A stretch of DNA of 64,000 nt from Azolla caroliniana (lineage: Eukaryota > Plantae > Polypodiophyta), in contig JBHGNT010000001.1 in NCBI GenBank assembly GCA_043228905.1, forward strand, positions 36,952,001 through 37,016,000. The letters run 5' to 3'. The notes beneath the pieces were generated by a model, which was not told where the DNA came from, did not search any database, and was given only the letters and a program-made list of their open reading frames with translations. The number at the start of each line of letters is the position of its first letter. Positions within the stretch are counted from its first letter, which is position 1. Position numbers and translations under genes: made by a program. Shown piece by piece: positions 26,095-39,437 of this stretch.

Positions 26095-28239
26095 ATGCTA
26101 CAGAGGCACATTTGTGCACCTGCCAGCTCCAGGGGGATTTCGGTTGCACCTAAAGAAGCTTTTCCTTGTTCTTTAAAAGATCCAATCTTCAAAGAGTTTT
26201 GTTGCCCTGACATCAGGCGAGATGAGAGTCAGAAGAGTGCAAATGCACCTACTTTTGAGAATGTACCTCACTGTCTATATAAAGAGGAGCATGCAGAAAG
26301 GGCTTTGCACATGCTTGTTCACATGGATAAGCTTTTTGCCCCTAATTGCGATTATTTTTGGGTGATCTTGAACACTTGCAATAAGACCAAGGCTCTAAAT
26401 CATGCCCAAAAAGTGCACTCCTGCATGATATACTATGGTGTAGATCTTTTTACCTCTTTCGGTGAAGATCTAGTTGCCACATTGATTAGATGCAATGGCC
26501 TCAAATATGCATTACGTGTATTTCAGAAGTTGCCTCATCCAACTGTTTTTTCATGGACTTCTATTATTAGTGGCTTCATTAACTCTGGTGAGAATAAAGA
26601 AGCTTTGAGGCTATATCAGCATATGCAGAACAATGAAGTGGAACCGAACAAGTACACGTTTGTTCTTCTCTTAAAAGCTTGTGCGAGCGTCGGTGACTTG
26701 GAGAAGGGGAAAAAGCTACATGCTGATGTCCGACGGCGAGGTGGATTTGATTCCAATACTTTTGTGAGAAGCTCCCTTGTGACCATGTATGGCAATTGTG
26801 GCAGTTTATCTGACAGTGAGATTGTCTTTTACAATGGGCCAGTCACAAGTGACACGGTATTATGGAGCACAATGCTATCGGTGTATGTCGAGCATGGTCA
26901 AGGACAAAAGTCAATACAACTTTACAGGCAAATGCAAGAGGAAGGAATTGTTCCAGATGAGCAATGTCTAGTCATTGCCTTGCAAGCTTGTTGTGTTCTT
27001 TTTCAAGATATGGAGGTAGAGGGTTCCCTAGCATGTTTACAAATCGGTCAAGCAATTCATGCCGAAGCCAGAAGAAAGGGATTACTTTCAAATATCTTTG
27101 TAGGGAGCACTCTCATAAGCATGTATGGAAAGCTTGGCAATATAATAGGAGCAGAAAATGTCTTTGTTCAGTTGCCAAAACAAAGTATTGGGCCATGGAA
27201 TGCGATGCTTTCAGCATATATTGAACTCAGGTTACCAGGAAAGGCTCTGTGTTTCTATTGTCACATAAGAAAAAATGTTTTCAGTCCGGATAAACACACA
27301 GTTGCAATAACGTTGCAAGCATGTTGCATTTTCATGGAAATGCATGAAGGAATAGGGAATTCAGCTCAAATAATGTGTTTAGAGATTGGACAGGCATTGT
27401 ATCTGGACTGCCAAATGAAGGGATTTATTTCAGATGCAGTCATCTGTAGTTCCCTTATGAGCTTGTTTAGTAAATGTGGGAGTATAATTGGGGCAGAGAA
27501 TATTTTTTATAGCTTTTCTGGATGTGATACAGTACTACGGAATATGATGCTTTCAACGTATTCTAATGATGGCCAAGCTGCTAAAGCCCTTCAACTTTGC
27601 AAGAAAATATTAGACGAGAGCCTGCTTCTCAGTGATGCAACAGTTATTCACATGTTACAGATCAGTGGTAAGACAGGAAGCATATCTATGTGCACGGAAA
27701 CTCATAATATAATAGCATCAAACAGTTATGATTTTGGTCCAGATTTAGCTAATACCCTTGCTCACGCATATGGGAATTGTGCGAGCATGATTAATGCTCA
27801 ATCAGTATTTGAGAAATTGGTGGATCCGGATATTGTGTCATGGAATGGTTTAGTTGCAGGCTATGCTCATGAAGGAGATTATACCTCAAGCTTACGAACC
27901 TTGGAAGAGATGGAACTTAGCGGCACCACGCCAGATGAATATACATTTCTTTCTATTTTGGCTGCTTGTACTCACGCTGGCCTTGTAAATATGGGCATTA
28001 GGATATTTGTGCACATGTGCAATTATTACGCCATAGTTCCAGAGATCAAGCATTATATTTGTATAATTGATCTTCTGGGTCGGGCAGGAGACTTCAAAAG
28101 AGCTGAGGATATTCTGCAGAGCATGCCGACGCAAGCTGATGTAGCAACATGGTCATGTCTTGTAAGAGCATGCAGAACACATGATAACATTGACCTCGAA
28201 AAACATGCACTAGATCTAGCTGTATGTTTACAGTCGTAA
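26095..28239 (+). CDS. PLS-class pentatricopeptide repeat protein ending in a partial E domain, no DYW
   Basis: Intronless 714-aa ORF with P/L/S motifs: VFSWTSIISG, PNKYTFVLLLKACA, FVGSTLISMYGK, DIVSWNGLVAGYA, TFLSILAACTHAGLV, HYICIIDLLGRAG, WSCLVRACRTH. It stops within the E region. Confidence 0.93.
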   Translation: MLQRHICAPASSRGISVAPKEAFPCSLKDPIFKEFCCPDIRRDESQKSANAPTFENVPHCLYKEEHAERALHMLVHMDKLFAPNCDYFWVILNTCNKTKALNHAQKVHSCMIYYGVDLFTSFGEDLVATLIRCNGLKYALRVFQKLPHPTVFSWTSIISGFINSGENKEALRLYQHMQNNEVEPNKYTFVLLLKACASVGDLEKGKKLHADVRRRGGFDSNTFVRSSLVTMYGNCGSLSDSEIVFYNGPVTSDTVLWSTMLSVYVEHGQGQKSIQLYRQMQEEGIVPDEQCLVIALQACCVLFQDMEVEGSLACLQIGQAIHAEARRKGLLSNIFVGSTLISMYGKLGNIIGAENVFVQLPKQSIGPWNAMLSAYIELRLPGKALCFYCHIRKNVFSPDKHTVAITLQACCIFMEMHEGIGNSAQIMCLEIGQALYLDCQMKGFISDAVICSSLMSLFSKCGSIIGAENIFYSFSGCDTVLRNMMLSTYSNDGQAAKALQLCKKILDESLLLSDATVIHMLQISGKTGSISMCTETHNIIASNSYDFGPDLANTLAHAYGNCASMINAQSVFEKLVDPDIVSWNGLVAGYAHEGDYTSSLRTLEEMELSGTTPDEYTFLSILAACTHAGLVNMGIRIFVHMCNYYAIVPEIKHYICIIDLLGRAGDFKRAEDILQSMPTQADVATWSCLVRACRTHDNIDLEKHALDLAVCLQS

Positions 28240-29101
28240 AGTAGCAAAAACAACATCCTCATATTGACAGTCTGAACCCTTTGAGGGTTGTGCATTTGCT
28301 TCCTTAATACAGCAAGAGTTGTTGCTTCATTCATAGTTCGGATGAGTCTTGATCAGACTTCTCATCCTCTGAACCCCTTTTCAGGAAAAATTGAAGATTC
28401 CTAGATCTAAACACTGATGTAGAGCTTCAATAACATAATTTCACTCGGACAATGGGACTAATTCATAACTGAAAAGCGGATAATGCTTGATCGTTTTTCA
28501 ACCCTGTTTATATACAAGATTTCCCCATGGGCCATCATTATGTCAATCTATGTCATTTGCTTCACCCGCAATTATAAATTATCTAACAATTTGATGAATT
28601 TACTTGGAGTAATTAAAAGATTACCTAAAATCACGCTACACAATTTTGTAAAAGAATTAGGGAGTTAAAGGTGTCGATAAGTCAAACCAAATTTAACTGA
28701 CACTTTTTCCTAGCCGTCTAGTGTCACTAACTAGAATGAGCACTACTATCTGCCTTAAAAGTTGTACTTCACCTAGTGGTGCTAATACTCTTCATTGACA
28801 TTATGAGCATGATATTGGAGGATCTTGATAGGTGAGGATAGAGAGTGCAAAATGGCATGATTTGTTGTAATTTAGGTTTGTTCTAAGCAAAAACATGGTA
28901 TCATCCATCCCCCCATCGGAAAGAGAAAGCATAACTTCTGTCTGAGCTGAGTTTTAACCATATGGCATGTTTGGGCTTAGTTAAGGCATGAGATAGTGGC
29001 ATCGTGGGATCTCAAAAGAAGAAGAATCACCCATTTTTGGACAAGTAGGACGACAAGGAAGGTTTCGTAGTCTGAGAAATTAACAAGTTGTTGGCTGCAA
29101 A

Positions 29102-29139
<38 letters not shown>

Positions 29140-29147
29140 AAACTGAG

Positions 29148-30449
29148 ATGGCCATTGCCATGCTGGATGCGGGTCTTCATGATTTCGACACCGTCTTTGC
29201 AACCGCCCAGTCTCATGGGCCGCTCTTCCTTCTCTTCCTCGCAAACCGTGATCCTTCCATCGGCCGCAGTTGGTGCCCTGGTCAGTTTCCTCCCTATCTT
29301 CTTCTTCATCTTCTTCTTCTAGTTGGGTCTGTTCTTGTTCTCCAATGGCTTTTGACAACACTCTGCTTTTTTTCTTTCTGTGTTTGGTTTTTGGTTCATT
29401 AAGGAAAGCATGGCTACTTTTTATGGATTTTCAAAATGAATGGCTATGCCCTCTCTCTCTTTTTTTGTGGGTTTTGAATGAATGGATCTGTTTTGTTCTT
29501 TGAGGGTTTCGGAAGGAATGGATCCTTTTTTCATTGTTTGAGGGTTTTGTAATCAGTGGTTCTGTTCTATTTGTTTGTTTTAGGGTTTAGGAAAGTCTGG
29601 ATCTGTTCGTCTGTTTTAGGATTTTGGAAGGGATGGCTCTGTTTTGTTTTTGTTTTAGGGCTTTCCAATGACTCTTATGTTGTGAAGGTTTTCCCTGAGA
29701 GATTGGGAGGCATAGGTTTTCGTTATCCCCAATATGTAAGAGAAACCTACGGAAGTTTCGATATGTCCTTGTTTTTCTGATACTTGTTTCCACAATCTGT
29801 TTTAGAATGTTGGAAAAGGGATGGCTTTGCTTTCTTTTTGTTTTAGGGTTTCAGAATGACTCCATGTTGTGAAAGTTTTCACTGATATAGATTCAGATGA
29901 AATCCTTGATTTTGGATTAGGTCCATGTTTAAAATTGTGGATTAGGCCACAATAAACTACTGATAATAGCCACTCGTGTGCTGTCTGCTAGTTAGAGATG
30001 AAGCTCCTACTCTTTGAATGTATGGCACGCAAGCACTCCATGGAGAACACTTAAAAACAACACAGAACACCATGCACATTCTTTTCTCTTCCATGTTTTC
30101 TTCGATGCTTCGAATGGGTCCTTTGACATGGTCACATGATCCTCTCATTGTTCTTATTGTTTTGGTAGATTGCGTGAGAGCTGAACCTGTGATATACCAG
30201 AAATTCGAGAGTTCTGAACGGAAGTTTACATTGTTGAGGGCATATGTTGGAGACAGGCCAACATGGAGGAATCCCTCACATCCTTGGAGGCTTGATAAAA
30301 GATTTGAACTCAAGGGGGTGCCAACACTTATGTTGTGGCAAAATGGAGGTGTAGCCGGAAGGCTCGAGGATCATGAGGCACACTTGGAAAATCGCATTGA
30401 AAAGCTTTTAAGCATTGCGATTAATGACGCTTCTAGTGAAAAAATATGA
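29148..30449 (+). CDS. Thioredoxin-like protein Clot (TXNDC17/TRP14 family). Exons 29148-29280, 30169-30449
   Basis: Splicing rebuilds SWCPDCVRAEPVI; also VGDRPTWRNPSHPWR and LKGVPTL. The intron splits the Asp codon of the WCPDC active site. Confidence 0.95.
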
Positions 30450-30480
30450 CTTATGTCTATATATATTAGATGAATGCATG

Positions 30481-30596
30481 TTTGCCCTAATACAAGATTA
30501 ATCCTTAACTATGTGGTTGATGGCAAAATACAAGATTAATCCTAAAATTTTGCCCTAATACAAGATTAATCCTTAACTATGTGGTTGATGGCAAAA
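30481..30596. repeat. 48-bp direct duplication (30481-30528, 30549-30596) with a partial third copy between
   Basis: TTTGCCCTAATACAAGATTAATCCTTAACTATGTGGTTGATGGCAAAA occurs twice; the spacer begins TACAAGATTAATCCT. Confidence 0.9.
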
Positions 30597-33500
30597 CAAT
30601 GATTCGTTAGAGCTCCAAAATGTATAAGTAAATAAGATGAGGACAGTGTTGTTGATGCCTCATAATGTACCACTTGCATATTGGAGAAGCTTTGGCATGG
30701 GAATAGCTTTGACTATTTTTAATGGTGTCCTTTCATGGTTAGTTCTTGGATAACTCATTTCCTTCTTGGGGTTGTACTCAATGCAGAGGAATGTTTTGTT
30801 TGAATGCATATTGTAAAACACTTGGATAGGAGTTTGTAAGATCATTATGATGTGCTTCCGATTGATACCTTGCACTCATTGATAATATTAATTTCTGGTA
30901 CTTTGCCATCATTTTTGTATACAAAATCTTGTTGATCCTGCCAATGCCATTTTTAAACCATTGTAATTAAATGGTCACATATCTAATCATAACCTATGTT
31001 ATTAAATTAAAAAAAGACTTATGGTTCAAATAATTCAGTCATAATTCATTTGAAGAAAGCATTTGATCTATAACAGCAGATAACATTCTTTGTGTTATGT
31101 AACTTTTGTCAACTGGTTGTGTCTTCTTTCTTATGGGAAACACAGGCATTTTTGTCTTGAATATAGGGACTTGACGTTTTTAACTTTGTTCACAAAATAC
31201 CATTTGCATTTAGTAAATCTCCCAAATAGCGCTTCTTTGTAAGAGTCAAAATTCTCTCTCTCTCTCTCTCTAAGATAATATGGCAAGCCTAGTTGGCATA
31301 AAAGTACACACAAAACCTAGTTATGAGAACAAACAAATCAAAATTCCTTTCCACCCATGCACTTATGATATCCATGGAGATCACATGACATTAAAGAAAC
31401 TAATTTCTCATACTCCATTGATCGTAATGCATTCGTCAAATGTTACTTATATGATGGGGGGAATAAAACCTTGGCGCCATGATTGGAAACCCACTCAAAG
31501 GTCACTTTTATGAAAATAATTTGACCCATTTGAAATATGTCATACATTTAAACCACCACCAAAGCTCAACCAATAATTCTTGCCAGTGAAATATATTCAC
31601 ATATAATAGAAAATGAGATTGTCATCTTACATCCAATAGTCAAGGCTGCCACTATACACACTAGGGTAATATGCCAAGTATGCATATGACACGACCATTT
31701 ATGACACTTCATCTACAATTGACTTATGTCACTTGTGCACATCCTCATGTTGTACACTCAATGCCACCATCATGCACAATCGTTAATACGCCACGCAAGT
31801 GGCACCTTCGTCACCAACCATGCTTTATCTACCATTGGTTTATGATAGTACTAGGAGTCAACGGTATTAAACTTTTTGTATCAAATAACTTATCTCTCCA
31901 CTATCCCTCAACAACCATTAGTGGAATAAGGTCTACAAGAATAGGGAGAATAGAAAATAATTGCCAAATATGATCATGATTCATATCTAGGAGGTATATG
32001 CAACCCAAATCGTATAGGTTTGAAGGCCATGATATCTCCATGTGTGACAATAAAAAACTATTTGGCACAATCATCAAGCCAAGGCTCACCATATGATCAA
32101 ATTCAAACGTGGAATTCTCTTTAATATCCTTGTGGTTGAATATTCACGGATCATAAAAATAGAGTAATCATTTATTGGTTGTACAACTTTGAGTCAAGCT
32201 TGAGACATAAATACAAATAGTGAAGACACTAATAATGATCAAACTTGGAAGGAAACGGATGCCCGTGCTAAAAATTTGTGATAGTTTATTGAAAAATATG
32301 TGGGTCTGACACATGCATTCAAATTTGAAACTTAAGTAAGAATGAGTTGTGTATGCCAATTTATTCTTTTAGGTATCAAAATTGTTTTATCAATTCAATG
32401 GAATAATTAAACCAAACTATTTGAGTGCATGCACAATATCTACTTGATTTTTTGGGAAAAAAATAAAAAAATCTGCTTACTTGAAATGAGTTTCTTTCAG
32501 GTGTCACATTTGAAAAAGTTTTATTTAAAAGTTTTGTTTCTCTCTATAATTGCTTTGATCCATTAATCATGCTTGCTACATGGAAGAAATTCCTATTGAT
32601 GATGATAAACAAGAAACTAACAAGTGTAGCAACTCATCCAAGAATACATTGCATATAGCATGCATTTGTTAGTTCAAAGCATATGGTATGTGTATTACAC
32701 GATAATACAAATTGACATGTAGGCGTTGTAGGTAAAAAATTAGCTATCTATCACTCAAAATAAATTTGTTACGCATCAAAATATAAGTGAATGTTAATCT
32801 TACGTCATGTAGTTATAACAATTTATTAGTCTCATGTGTGAATATTGCTCAAACAACACTAACATTGATATGCAAACAACCATAAATGAGAATTGTTTTC
32901 AAATTGAAATGATTCCTCATAAAGTATTAACGGATAAACATTAAATTGATGAAGGCATAAATATCAATAGGAAGATATGTGTATTTCCCCATGTCCAAAT
33001 CAATTTCAACTATGACCCTAGAGGCTTTGTTTTGAGAAGTTTGTCAAAAAAAAACTTTTTAATATAGTGTTTAGTGTTTCTACAATGTGGTCAAATGCGC
33101 TCTTCTATTATACTATTTGCATTAAAGTCATTCTATTCTAATGATGGAATATCTTCATTCAATGGCCCATAAACTTAGACAAGTGAAAATATATTGCAAA
33201 GTGAATAATGGCTGATGGAGTGTGAACACATTAAAATTTATTTCCAGTGATATAGCGATCACCATGTATTTTGTCAACTCCTTTAGTGTTGTAATGACAA
33301 GAATAACATGATACGATGCCATCCATATCAATGACAAAAAAACCCATCATTCCCATCTATAATATGCATACAAGCGACACCATTTGGTCATCAACAGTAG
33401 ATTGAGATTTTTCTTCGTGCATACTTAGATCACAATGAAACTATTCAATGCAGGTATTATCAACAAAACCTAAACATATCTCAAACTTCACATTTTTAGA

Positions 33501-36500
33501 AAGTTTTATCACACTTGCATAAATGAGGACAAGTCATAGATGTCCTAGGAAACATGCACTGTTCATACAATTGCTACACACATAATATTGTTTTTATGCT
33601 TAAATGATAAGTCATGGGTCGAAGTGATGACTATGAAATTCATGTTAGAGTTGCATCCAGAGCTTTGTTGATGACTATGTTATATCTTGTGCTAATGAGA
33701 CCTACACATGCAAGTGGAGACACATGAAAGTAGGAAAGTGATTAGACTAGTATATTCTCTCACTTTTTCATACACAAGCATGCCAACACTCTTTGTACAC
33801 TTAATAGCCAAGACAGATGTTGTGTTTATTAAGGTATGGTTTCTTTATGGATTGTTACGCTTACTAGTTATCATTAAAGTGACGTAGTTTAAAACCTGTG
33901 TAATATGGACACCTTACATCTTCTTTCCTAGAATGTATGGATAATGATTGCTAGCATATCAATAACATATTCTTCGTTTGCTACAACCTTCCAACCTAGA
34001 CAAGAACATCTATGGTTTGGATTATTCATAAATTGACACATTGATAGTTGTCAAGGGTGTTTCATCTAACGGGTGCACTTCTTATTTTGAAGTCTTAGAC
34101 AACCATAGATTACAACCTTATACCTTTGATTGCAGTAATCTACAACACTTGTGAAGTGCACCAGTCAGAGTGGTTGCTAAAACTGGAAAGAAATGGATGC
34201 TCGATCCTTATCCTTCAATTGCTCATATGTGTGATATGTTGTGGTTATACACAAAAGACCCTATTGCAAGATTAACATGGGATCCGGGGGGTTGGTTTCA
34301 TTCCTTGGGGGAACAAATCATAAAGGTTCTCTTCTTTTAGTACTCAGTAAAACTTGGAAGATCATTACTGCTCTCTCGAAATGCAACGACGCCAGCTGCT
34401 CAGAAACATTGGACCACTTGGGGTGTCTCAACTTTGCATTTGAAAAACCTACTGGAGATGGATCTTGTCATTTAAGGGGAGTGTTGCATTCCACTTTGAC
34501 ATTGTATGAGGCAGACAATGTTCAGGAGGCAATGATGGTACATAATAGAAGATTGATATTAGTTAGCCCCTTTCCGCAACCTCGAAAGCAGGTGCGATAT
34601 GTCCAGGTTTGGAAAACAATGACTACGGTAAGGTTATGTGCATTATGGAAATGTCGATGTAACTAACTTTATGATGTGAAGATCAACACCTCTCAAATGT
34701 CTTGCATGAGATATGGGAGAACTCGCTGGTAGTAGTCTGTGGCCGGTATGACAATATGCATGGTTCCCCATAGACTGTGAACAAGAGAAGGAAGAAGCTT
34801 CTCATGGAAAAAGTTGCCCCTATTTACAGAGTCAACTCAAAGGCCTCAATGTCACTATCGACTTCCATGGCCCCTTTCTTGAATATCAGTAAATCATGGC
34901 ATTGCGCATCAACAAATTCCAACACCTTCTACAAAGTCCCATCTTTGGTCTTAGGATTCTTGTATATCGTTGTACATAAAAAGTTGTAAGCTTCTGGGTA
35001 GACAAGCTCAAGTTGTAGCCTTTGGGTGATTTTCTTAATACTATTGAAGCAAATCTTTGGAAAAAAAACAGTAAAAAGAGTGATGTAGTTTAGTCACTTT
35101 TTGAGAGGGCAATTAAAATGGTATTAAGAGGGGGTATGTTGTGAAAATAACATACTTTGTACTTTACAAGGGATAAAGAATGAGTGTTTCAAGTTGGTAT
35201 CCCACTCTATAGCTTGTAAGTGAGACCAAGGAGATTCACAATATCAGCACAGTGGCCAATTTGTTAAGCTTTGGTAGTTAACCAACTTAGCCATTAACAA
35301 CACCCCATTATGACCGACAAAATGGTCATGCCAAAAAAAACTCCTTCCACTAGTTATAAAATTTTATAGATGAGAATGTTATAAAACCTATAGAATCATG
35401 AATATTATGTTGTATAAACAAAGATAGGCATTAGGCATGGTCATATATGGACTAATCAAGGTAAAAGGTTTTGTAAATATTATTGTGAGAATAAAGCACA
35501 CAAGACATATAGGTAATAATATGACATACATTCATGTTGTGTAAGTGATTATTATTCAAGATATCAATGATGAAAAAATGGACTCTATTCGATAAACAAT
35601 CTTAGCTTATCGGGAATTATGTCATAAAAGGTGCTAATTATTCTAAAAGAACATTACATAGCTGAAAACACTGGCACAGTACAACGAGATATTAAAACAC
35701 ACAACACTTGACTATTCCCAAAATGTTTGCAATGACAAATTGGCTTGGCACTTTCATATAGGAGTTTCCGATCACAATTTTAATATGTGTATAATATTAT
35801 TTCCTCCCTGTAAATCATGTTTTGAGATATTTTTGGACATTTTAAAACATTTCCAAGGGGGTGGAAGATTTTATGATTTAGCAAAAAAGGACAAAATTTG
35901 ACTCTAAAAACATAAGACAGAAAACATCCCTTTCGCATGAAGTGTAAAATAATAAAGCTATGTGAAACATGTGGTTCCACATGTACATCAACTAACAAGG
36001 AACAAAATAAAACATTGGTTCTTGAGGACATGTAAGCATACACATAAACTTTGTACTATCCTAACAAGTGAAAATTGCTGAAATTTTACTTATAAGCGAA
36101 ACTAGATGAGTACGCTTACTTAATTTCAAAATTGCACATATATATGTATTCTATCAAGTTTGATCAAGCACTTAATGTTAAGATTAAAAGTATAATCATA
36201 TGACATAACATACATTGAATGTATAGATTAGCATACGAGATTTCCTAATTTCTTCAAGGTTGATTATATGCTTAACCTTAAGTTCCCCATGATTAGTTGC
36301 CATGATGTGGGGTAGGCACATTTTATTATCTTTTGAAAATAAACAAGCGTACATTTGTAATTCCTATAACCTATAAGCAAATATATTTTTACTAATCATC
36401 ATTATCGATGATGACGTATTGTGCTTGGATGATTGGAAACACTACATAGTGATAGAGGCCCTATTGTGTAGAGGGAAGGTTGAAACTTTTAACAGGAGTC

Positions 36501-38744
36501 CTTGGTATCCAAAGAGATGAATAAACTATACTCACACATGTATAGATAACTCTGTACAAGTTTTAATGGGATGTCATGTTACAATTTGTTCACTCCCATA
36601 GGTTTTGAATTATGAGAAAGAAGATGAAAGCGTGTAAGGAAACATGCACAACTCCCACACATGATAAACATACAAGTAACACGTCATTACATGCTAAAGC
36701 ACAATGTACATGCACCACCGTTATGCATTGCATAAAAGATTGATTATGTCCCCACAATTGATTGCTTATACACTCATGAGCTTTCCTTATTAAAATTGTG
36801 ATGTTCATATATAATTGTTTATTCATAGATATATATGATAATGAATTGTAAAGCTTGTTGCTTCAAGCCATGATCAATAACTTTGATGTTGCCTTCAGTA
36901 TAAAAAAACAATTCTTTAGACAGTTACTTTCATATCATACACATTAAAACATTTGCTCCTAGCAGATGGCTTTAGAAGATTGACGATGTCAAAATTCCCT
37001 CAACACAAGTGAAAATTATTTAACACAACAAAATCATAAACGAAACACCATATCCTTGTGACCATGGCAAGTACTATAGAATGTAAGTCTCAATTTCCTA
37101 TACATATACCAAATTTTGTTTACTTACTCGTTTAGTAGTGTAATGATGATGACATGCCAAAGCTATGGACAAAGTGATGTATGATGTTATCAACAAGAAA
37201 GTTCTTAATATAGATAAGACATTATATTTGGCTTCACTCTTCATATATGACAAACATATACAATACAAAATAATACCCACCAAATTAATGCAACGATAAT
37301 TGGAACTATAGAAGGCCAACCTTACATGAGTCTTTAGACGGATGTGGGAAAGACATTGACACTTGGAACTCCATGGTTCTACTAATGACGATGTTAGGGC
37401 TAAGGAGATGAAAATTGTCTAGAAAGCCAAGTTCGTTTTGAGTTTTCAAGAAACTTCAATGCCGAAGGATAAGAATATATTTAGAATGGCTACATAACAT
37501 GGAAATTATTCTTCTCATATCCTCATGTTCTTTGCGGCACTAGTAAGAATAAATAAATGACCGTGCAATAGATCATACACCACACCTACATGCATGATGC
37601 ACATTGGAATCGACAAGCACAAACACATAGTTAAGCAAGGACGAATTACCAAGTGCAAGAAGTGCATATATACAAACTAGGCCACTTGATATTTACATCG
37701 ATGATAACATACACAAAATTTGCTAGGTACTATACATACGTGTATGACACACATGTAAGACATTGTTGGATTTCGGAAGCAGACAAACAAGTATAAAGAG
37801 AGAATCGAACCCAAGTGTACGTGAATCTCTCTCTCTCTCTATTTAGACAATGATATAATTGTGAAAAAGTGTGAAGCTCAAGTGGATGGTTGAAAATTCG
37901 GCTTTTGATTGAGCCTTCTTTGGTGTACTCTATTGTTCCTTGCTTATTAACTTTAACAAATTTCGCCATGCCCCACACTTTTGGGTGGCAAATGATGTTG
38001 TGCACTTGGGAGCCCTAGTGTGCTTTGATTATCTATTCCAATCAATTAAGTCATGTCCCACAGTTTATGCCCAACGAATTTGTGCCACATCGACATGGAT
38101 TCCCATCCCAAGCACTAAGTCTAAACGTAGACTTGGTCTTCCATAGGATAGTTTATTGCCAATACCATTAATTAACGGTGGTGAAATGAAGCCCCTCCAT
38201 ATCTACTGCATTGAATCATAAGTTGATGATGAGGACCTTGTAATTTTTGCAACCAATGCTTGTCCAACACAACAATAGAGTGATCCTCTTCGCGGGTAGA
38301 AAACACACATGGGCAAATATGATGTTTCACTTCCAATTGTTGAATATACAATATGCCCCCATGGACATGCTAGCACATGTGGACATGGGGATACCCTACA
38401 CATGTAGATCAGGTGACCATACATTGAGCCCCAAAGTGCCCAAATACACGGTTGAGTGTTAGTGTAGGCGCTCAGCTCACTCCACATGCACGAGCACCTA
38501 TGCAAGTAGCCAATTGCTATGGGGCACATTAAAACATGGTTTGTGTTACAAAGGACAAAGTATATATGTATGTATATATGTATATATGTATGTATGCATG
38601 TATGCATGAATATATGTATGTATGTATGTATCATCATCATCACCACCACCATATCCCAACTCTTCAAGCTAAGCAAAGCAAGACAGAGAGAGATTTTGAG
38701 AGAGAAGCTCACCACCTTGACGATGATGCCTTTATCCTGATAGA

Positions 38745-38803
<59 letters not shown>

Positions 38804-38926
38804 TTTTCTCGCCTTCTTTTCCCTTTTCAGCATTTGGGTTGTAACATTTGCTTCATCTCTGAACTGCATTGCTTGTCATTTCAGCTTTCTCTGCTTCAAA
38901 ACATCTCTGCTCTTCTTCTTTGCATT

Positions 38927-39160
38927 TGGGTTTCCAATTATACACGAATACATTCAGGGTTTCCAACTATACAAAGAGATACTTTAGTAGGGTTTCCAAC
39001 ATATGCAACGAAACGATTTGGGGTTTTCAACACATGCAAAGATAACTTTAGGGTTTCCAACGTATGAAGAGAGATCTTTACGGCTTCCAACATATGCAGA
39101 AAGACTCTTTGGGTTTCCAACATATCCAAAGAGACCATCGGGGGGTTCTGAATACACATG
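38927..39160. repeat. About 30-bp minisatellite (7-8 degenerate units, GGGTTTCCAACATATGCAAAGAGATCTTTA-like) upstream of the RRM gene
   Basis: Units start near 38928, 38957, 38990, 39021, 39051, 39081, 39111, 39141. Confidence 0.85.
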
Positions 39161-39437
39161 CCATTCTCTGCGTGCTTCTCATTTGTGAAGGGATCGATCC
39201 ATTTCAGGGATTTATTTCTTAGAATCTAATCGGAAATACTTCTATTAATCAGATTTTATATTCAAGGTCACATCTTTAAACTTGTTGATCTATTCCAGAG
39301 TTTTGTTCAAATTTAATATTTGAAGGTAGCCGACACAACAATATTTCGGTTCCTTTGATCTGTTCAGATCAGACGCTGAAGCTTTCTTGGATCCTATTAT
39401 AACATCACTTCAAAGGATTATCTGATTTGAATCTCCC

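Noticed and set aside
31300-37700. Protein-coding genes or a classifiable transposon in the long intergenic stretch
   Set aside because: Only short ORFs without recognisable motifs; probably old TE debris, but I cannot assign a family.
38203-38844. ORFs across the (TATG)n, (CAT/CAC)n and (TC)n tracts
   Set aside because: Open frames are produced by microsatellites.
38927-39160. CRISPR-like array
   Set aside because: The whole unit is a degenerate tandem repeat with no unique spacers; eukaryotic context and no cas genes.
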